Assembly (NCBI GenBank): GCA_002415845.1
Contig: DIAR01000010.1
Span: 12,920-76,919 of the forward strand
Source: Candidatus Woesebacteria bacterium UBA5073
GTDB taxonomy: Bacteria; Patescibacteriota; Microgenomatia; UBA8517
Length of the DNA: 64,000 nucleotides
Direction of reading: 5' to 3'
In this document: positions 59,429 through 64,000 of the stretch, piece after piece
Position numbering within the stretch: position 1 is the stretch's first letter
How the letters are laid out: each line of letters starts with the position of its first letter
Notes under the pieces: model-generated
Databases searched by the model: none
Seen by the model: only the letters and a program-made list of their open reading frames with translations
What the model was told of the DNA's origin: nothing
Made by a program: the position numbers and the translations under genes

Positions 59429-59783
59429 GAGAACTTCAGGTTTCAAATTAAATCCATCATTTAAAAATCAAATTGAGGTAACCTTCTGTCAGTTAATATC
59501 GGATATCAAAACACCAAAAGAAGCGGAAATCTTTTTTAAAGACTTTTTAAACGAAACCGAATATGAAACCTTTGTTAAAAGATTGGCTATCGCCTACTGG
59601 CTAAAGAAAAAAAGAAGCTATGCAAACATCAAACAAAACCTCAAAGTCTCCAGTGCCACCATTGCCGTTATCCAAACCCTGATGCAGAAACCGGGTTTTA
59701 AGATGGCCCTCAAGAAAATCGAGGCTGACGAGTGGGCCAATGTCTGGGCAGAAAAGATTAAAAAAATAACCCGCCACAAGTAA
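59427..59783 (+). CDS. YerC/YecD (TrpR-like) helix-turn-helix protein (likely start ATG 59427)
   Basis: FF.DFL...E......RLAIA..L....SY..I...L.VSSATI. Confidence 0.85.
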   Translation: MRTSGFKLNPSFKNQIEVTFCQLISDIKTPKEAEIFFKDFLNETEYETFVKRLAIAYWLKKKRSYANIKQNLKVSSATIAVIQTLMQKPGFKMALKKIEADEWANVWAEKIKKITRHK

Positions 59784-59820
59784 TTTGTTTTAAGCCTCAA
59801 ATAAAGCTAAAATACAAGCG

Positions 59821-59846
59821 AACCTCCTTAAAAAGGGAGGTTTTTT
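59821..59846 (+). terminator. Intrinsic terminator between the yerC-like gene and metG
   Basis: AACCTCCT-TAAAA-AGGGAGGTT running into a T6 tract. Confidence 0.7.
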
Positions 59847-59875
59847 AATACCAAACTAGTTATACTTATATTGCC

Positions 59876-61294
59876 ATGACTAAAAAATTTTACATTACTG
59901 CCGCCATTCCATACGTTAACGCCGCTCCCCATATCGGCCATGCGCTGGAATTTGTACAAGTGGATGCCTTAAAAAGATACCACCAACTTCAGGGCGTTGA
60001 TGTTATTTCCCTCTCGGGTGGAGACGAAAACGCCCTGAAAAACGTTCAGGCGGCGGAGGCCAAGGGCATTGATATTCAAAGCTTTGTTGACACCAATACC
60101 GAACTCTTTCGTCTTTTGGCCGTTAAACTGAATGCCGAATTTGATGTCTGGCAAAAGGGCAGCGATAAGAAGAACCACTACCCATCCGTTCAGAAACTAT
60201 GGAACCTTTGTAAAAAAGACATTTACAAAAAAACCTATGAGGGCCTTTATTGTGTCGGTTGTGAGGCTTTCTACACCAAGGAAGAATTAAACGACCAGGG
60301 TGAATGCTTTGAACACCCGGGTAAGAAATTAGAAACCGTGGCTGAAGAGAACTACTTCTTTGCCCTGTCCAAATACCAAAACCAATTAATTAAACTAATT
60401 GAAAGCGACAAGCTAAAAATTACCCCCGAAACCAGAAAAAACGAAGCTTTGTCTTTCTTAAAAAATGGTCTTTTGGATATTTCAGTTTCCAGAAGTATCA
60501 AAAGAGCCAAAAACTGGGGCGTACCGGTTCCCGATGATCCTGAGCAGATTATTTATGTTTGGTTTGACGCTTTAAATATTTATCAGTCGGGGATTGGCTT
60601 TGGTTGGGACGAAGTCAAATACGAAAAGTACTGGCCGGCCGATGTTCATGCCATCGGCAAAGGCATCTCTCGCTTCCATACCGTTTACTGGCCGGCTTTT
60701 CTTCTTTCGGCCGGACTCCCCTTGCCAAAAAATATTTTCGTCCACGGTTACCTAACCGTTAACGGCGAGAAAATTTCAAAGACGGTCGGCAACGTCATCG
60801 ATCCCCTACCGTTAATTGAAAAATTTGGTGCTGACCCTATTCGTTATTATTTGCTTTCCAAAGTCTCGCCTTTTTTGGATGGAGATTTTTCCGAAAAAAA
60901 GTTGATCGAAAGTTATAATTCCGATCTGGCTAACGGCTTGGGCAATTTGGTTTCCCGAGTGGCTAAACTATGCGAAAAGGTAAATTTCGAAGTTAAACCC
61001 CAGACAAATGCAGTTTTCCCGGAGGTTACAAAAGCTATTGGGGAATATAAATTTGACGAAACTCTAAAGGCCATCTGGCAAAAAATTTCAGAGGTTGATA
61101 AGAAAATAAATGTTGATGAACCCTGGAAACTGGAAGAAAAAGAGCTTAAAGAAGCTTTAGCTTTTTATGTCTCCCAAATAAAACAAATTGCGTATAACTT
61201 AAAGCCTTTTCTTCCCGAAACAGCCGAAGCAATCGAGAGTATTTTTGCCGGTCCTAAAGTATCAATTGTCAAACCTCTCTTCCCGAGGATTTAA
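59876..61294 (+). CDS. metG: Methionine--tRNA ligase (short form)
   Basis: YVNAAPHIGHA, YCVGCE, YVWFDAL, KISKT. Confidence 0.96.
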   Translation: MTKKFYITAAIPYVNAAPHIGHALEFVQVDALKRYHQLQGVDVISLSGGDENALKNVQAAEAKGIDIQSFVDTNTELFRLLAVKLNAEFDVWQKGSDKKNHYPSVQKLWNLCKKDIYKKTYEGLYCVGCEAFYTKEELNDQGECFEHPGKKLETVAEENYFFALSKYQNQLIKLIESDKLKITPETRKNEALSFLKNGLLDISVSRSIKRAKNWGVPVPDDPEQIIYVWFDALNIYQSGIGFGWDEVKYEKYWPADVHAIGKGISRFHTVYWPAFLLSAGLPLPKNIFVHGYLTVNGEKISKTVGNVIDPLPLIEKFGADPIRYYLLSKVSPFLDGDFSEKKLIESYNSDLANGLGNLVSRVAKLCEKVNFEVKPQTNAVFPEVTKAIGEYKFDETLKAIWQKISEVDKKINVDEPWKLEEKELKEALAFYVSQIKQIAYNLKPFLPETAEAIESIFAGPKVSIVKPLFPRI

Positions 61295-61304
61295 TTTTTT
61301 ATTA

Positions 61305-62798
61305 ATGTTTAGAAATTTTATAATTAAACACGACAAAGGCGTTCTGCGGGCCCTGGAGATTTTACCCGGGTTTGTTTCCTGGAACGTGATTCTTTTTCCT
61401 TACTGGGGTATCTTAATTATTCCTAACGTTGTTGCCTATTTTATTCTTCTTTTTAACCTCTATTGGTTTTACCAGTCTTTTCAGACAGCCATTTCGGCCG
61501 TTTTGTCCCATTTAAAAATCCAGGCTTCAATGAACTTTAATTGGTTGGCTGATTTAAAATCTTTTCCCGATTGGAAAAAGGTTCATCACGTTGTCATTAT
61601 TCCTACCTACAAAGAACCGCTGCATATCTTGGAGCGAACCCTTAATTCTTTAGCCGAGCAGGATTTACCCAAAAACCAAATTACGGTTTGTCTGGCGATG
61701 GAGAAAAAAGAACCTGAAGAAGACCGGATAAGAAAGGTTGCCGCCTTAAAAGAAACGTTTGGTAAAACCTTTGCCAATCTCTTTGTCACCGTCCACGAAC
61801 TCGTTTCCGGTGAAGTAGCCGGTAAATCTTCAAACGAAAAGTTTGCCGCCATTTGGCTGAAAAAAGAATTTATCGATAAAGGCAAATTGGATATTAACTA
61901 CATTACCGTTACAAGCTGTGATGCCGATCATAAATACCATCCCAAGCATTTTTCTTGTCTTACTTTTAAATTTCTTGATAACCCAAACCGCTATAAACAT
62001 TTTTGGCAGCCGGCCGTTATGTTTTACAACAATATTTGGGAAATTCCGGCAATCTCTCGGGTTACCAATACCTTTACTTCCATTTGGAACCTGGCCAATC
62101 TTTCCCGGAAAGACAGGCTTATTAATACCGCCAATTATTCCCTTTCCTTTTCCCTTTTGGATAAAGTGGGTTATTGGGACGCCGATAAAATTCCTGAAGA
62201 TTGGGGAATCTTCTTTAAAACTTATTACAAGATGCGGGGTGGAATTGAAGTTGAGCCGATTTATTTGCCCCTCATGGCCGATGCCGCCCAGTCAACCACT
62301 TCTTTTGGCACAATCAAAAGCCAGTATGAACAAATTAAGCGCTGGGCTTGGGGCGTATCGGATGATCCCTGGATAATCAAAAATTACTTTTTAACCCCAG
62401 GAATTCCCTTCTGGGAAAAAACGGCCCGTTTAATCTATGTTATCTGGGCTCATTTTTCCTGGCCGATTAACTGGTTTATTATCACCATCGGCCTAACCTT
62501 ACCTTCACTTTTAAATCCCGCCTTTGCCAGAACGGCTCTTGGTTATTCGGTTCCGAAATTGTCATCTTTTGTCCTAACAATCGCCCTGGCCTTCTTGGCT
62601 ACAACTATCGTAATCGACAGCTTTTATAAACCGAAAAAATCGGAGCATTTGCCTAAATGGCGGATTGTCATTTCGCCTTTGGAATTTATCCTTATGCCGA
62701 TTGCCGGTTTTATCTTCACCGCCCTTCCCGGTCTTGATGCACACACAAGACTGATGCTTGGCAAATACATTGAGTACAAAGTCACGGAGAAAGTTTAA
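61305..62798 (+). CDS. Membrane-embedded processive GT2 glycosyltransferase (likely start ATG 61305)
   Basis: IPTYKE, GKSSN, DAD, PED, QIKRW (QxxRW); flanking TMs. Confidence 0.85.
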   Translation: MFRNFIIKHDKGVLRALEILPGFVSWNVILFPYWGILIIPNVVAYFILLFNLYWFYQSFQTAISAVLSHLKIQASMNFNWLADLKSFPDWKKVHHVVIIPTYKEPLHILERTLNSLAEQDLPKNQITVCLAMEKKEPEEDRIRKVAALKETFGKTFANLFVTVHELVSGEVAGKSSNEKFAAIWLKKEFIDKGKLDINYITVTSCDADHKYHPKHFSCLTFKFLDNPNRYKHFWQPAVMFYNNIWEIPAISRVTNTFTSIWNLANLSRKDRLINTANYSLSFSLLDKVGYWDADKIPEDWGIFFKTYYKMRGGIEVEPIYLPLMADAAQSTTSFGTIKSQYEQIKRWAWGVSDDPWIIKNYFLTPGIPFWEKTARLIYVIWAHFSWPINWFIITIGLTLPSLLNPAFARTALGYSVPKLSSFVLTIALAFLATTIVIDSFYKPKKSEHLPKWRIVISPLEFILMPIAGFIFTALPGLDAHTRLMLGKYIEYKVTEKV

Positions 62799-63730
62799 GC
62801 GCTTCTGAAGTATTCAATCGTTTTTACAAGTCCCTCATCAACTTTAATTCTTGGTTCCCAACCCAAAAGCGTTTTGGCTTTTGAGATATCCGGACAGCGT
62901 TGTTTAGGATCATCGGCCGGAATGTCTTTAAAAACAATCTCCGAAGAACTCCCCGTAATGGCTTTTATTTTCTCGGCCAAAGAAAGCATAGTGTATTCCT
63001 CGGGATTGCCCAAATTAACCACTTCGCCCTTAAGGCCTTCAGTAAACATCAATTTCATTAAGCCCTCTACCAAATCGGAAACAAAACAAAAAGATCTGGT
63101 TTGCTTGCCTTCACCGTAAATCGTTAACGGTTTTTGTTCCAAAGCCTGGTTAATGAAATTTGAGACTACCCGACCGTCGTCTTTTTGCATTCTGGGGCCA
63201 TAGGTATTAAAAATTCTGACAATCCGAGTGTCCAAATCATATTTTTGCCGATAAATATAAACCATTGTTTCGGCAAATCTTTTACCTTCGTCATAACAGC
63301 TTCTGGGACCGTAGGAATTAACATTGCCCCAATAGGTTTCTTTTTGCGGATGTTCTTTAGGGTCACCATAGACTTCCGAAGTTGAAGCCATTAAAAATCT
63401 GGCTTTAGCCTTAACGGCTTCTTTTAAGAGGTTAATTGTGCCCAAACTGTTGGCCAGGGCTGTTTCTTCGGGGTGTTTTTGATAATCAACCGGTGAAGCC
63501 GGAGAGGCTAAATGAAAAATATATGAAGCGCCCGAGCAGTCAATTTGATCACGGGTTACATCAAGGTTTTTGAACTCAAAATTGGAATTACCCTTAAAAG
63601 ATTCCAAATTCTTTTCGCTTCCGGTAATCAGGTTATCGACACATAAAACCTGATAGCCTCTGTTCAAAAGTGCCTCACAAAGATGGCTCCCGATAAACCC
63701 GGCTCCGCCCGTAATCACAATTTTTTCCAT
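62795..63730 (-). CDS. UDP-glucuronate decarboxylase (UDP-xylose synthase)-like SDR
   Basis: GGAGFIG, HLASPASP, STSEVYG, YWGNVN..GPRSCYDEGKR, DDGRVVSNF. Confidence 0.9.
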   Translation of the reverse strand: MEKIVITGGAGFIGSHLCEALLNRGYQVLCVDNLITGSEKNLESFKGNSNFEFKNLDVTRDQIDCSGASYIFHLASPASPVDYQKHPEETALANSLGTINLLKEAVKAKARFLMASTSEVYGDPKEHPQKETYWGNVNSYGPRSCYDEGKRFAETMVYIYRQKYDLDTRIVRIFNTYGPRMQKDDGRVVSNFINQALEQKPLTIYGEGKQTRSFCFVSDLVEGLMKLMFTEGLKGEVVNLGNPEEYTMLSLAEKIKAITGSSSEIVFKDIPADDPKQRCPDISKAKTLLGWEPRIKVDEGLVKTIEYFRSA

Positions 63731-63785
63731 ATTTTTCTCTCGCTTATTATATACGAAAGTTAAGCCCCTATGCTAAACTAAATTA

Positions 63786-64000
63786 ATGGAAAAATTGACC
63801 AAACTCCTTCATAAAATCCATACACCTTTATGGCTAACCATCCTTTTAGCCATTATTCTTCTCCTTCGAATTCCCTCCCTTTTTGAACCCTATTATTACG
63901 GTGATGAGATGATTTATCTCTCGCTCGGTCAAGGCATCAGGCAAGGTCTTCACCTCTATAGTCAAATCTTTGACAACAAGCCGCCCTTAATTTACCTGGT
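63786..64000 (+). CDS. GT-C (ArnT-like) membrane glycosyltransferase, 5' part
   Basis: Manual translation MEKLTK...LRIPSLFEPYYYGDEMIY...LYSQIFDNKPPLIYL; leaderless TGC-TAAACT-N6-ATG. Confidence 0.7.
   Translation, partial: MEKLTKLLHKIHTPLWLTILLAIILLLRIPSLFEPYYYGDEMIYLSLGQGIRQGLHLYSQIFDNKPPLIYL

Noticed and set aside
59784-59875. T-box or SAM riboswitch for metG
   Set aside because: The spacer is only about 90 nt and lacks the T-box sequence and S-box core.
1-64000. Alternative genetic code (UGA=Gly, code 25)
   Set aside because: Conserved genes are full length in code 11, and TGA acts as a stop (e.g. nusA).

Overview
A densely coded, AT-rich bacterial chromosome segment read in standard code 11. 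It shows streamlined proteins (short AlaRS, IF2, MetRS, HrcA; Lon ATPase without protease domain), almost no Shine-Dalgarno motifs and many leaderless promoters. This is most consistent with a Patescibacteria/CPR genome, probably Microgenomates (inference). Bases 1-37.9 kb are a minus-strand housekeeping run: murJ, hrcA-grpE-dnaK-dnaJ with a CIRCE operator, nusA-infB-DHH-like, rpsO-pnp, lon-ATPase-udg-rnj, ftsK-rodZ-like, alaS, a 734-aa membrane protein, sortase, ruvX, mltG, rpoBC, the str operon and the start of the S10 operon. Bases 38-54 kb form a cell-surface locus: pilN/pilO/pilP-like genes coupled to four exported Cys-rich and/or Thr/Pro-rich proteins. These share an unusual N-terminal export motif, and three carry a non-canonical sortase-like C-terminal signal ([IL]P[ED][SA]G-xxTPT-TM). 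They face a PMT-type O-mannosyltransferase fusion, two more GT-C-like enzymes and an LCP protein, with two FemABX ligases nearby. This is the best candidate for an undescribed system: sortase-anchored, glycosylated, disulfide-rich surface proteins. Other notable items are an EF-G with a remodelled guanine pocket (NKLN), rifampicin-pocket and trigger-loop substitutions in RNAP, a TrpR-box-like operator over a YerC/TrpR-like gene, and several promoter-proximal terminator leaders. No rRNA, tRNA, CRISPR array or mobile element was seen.
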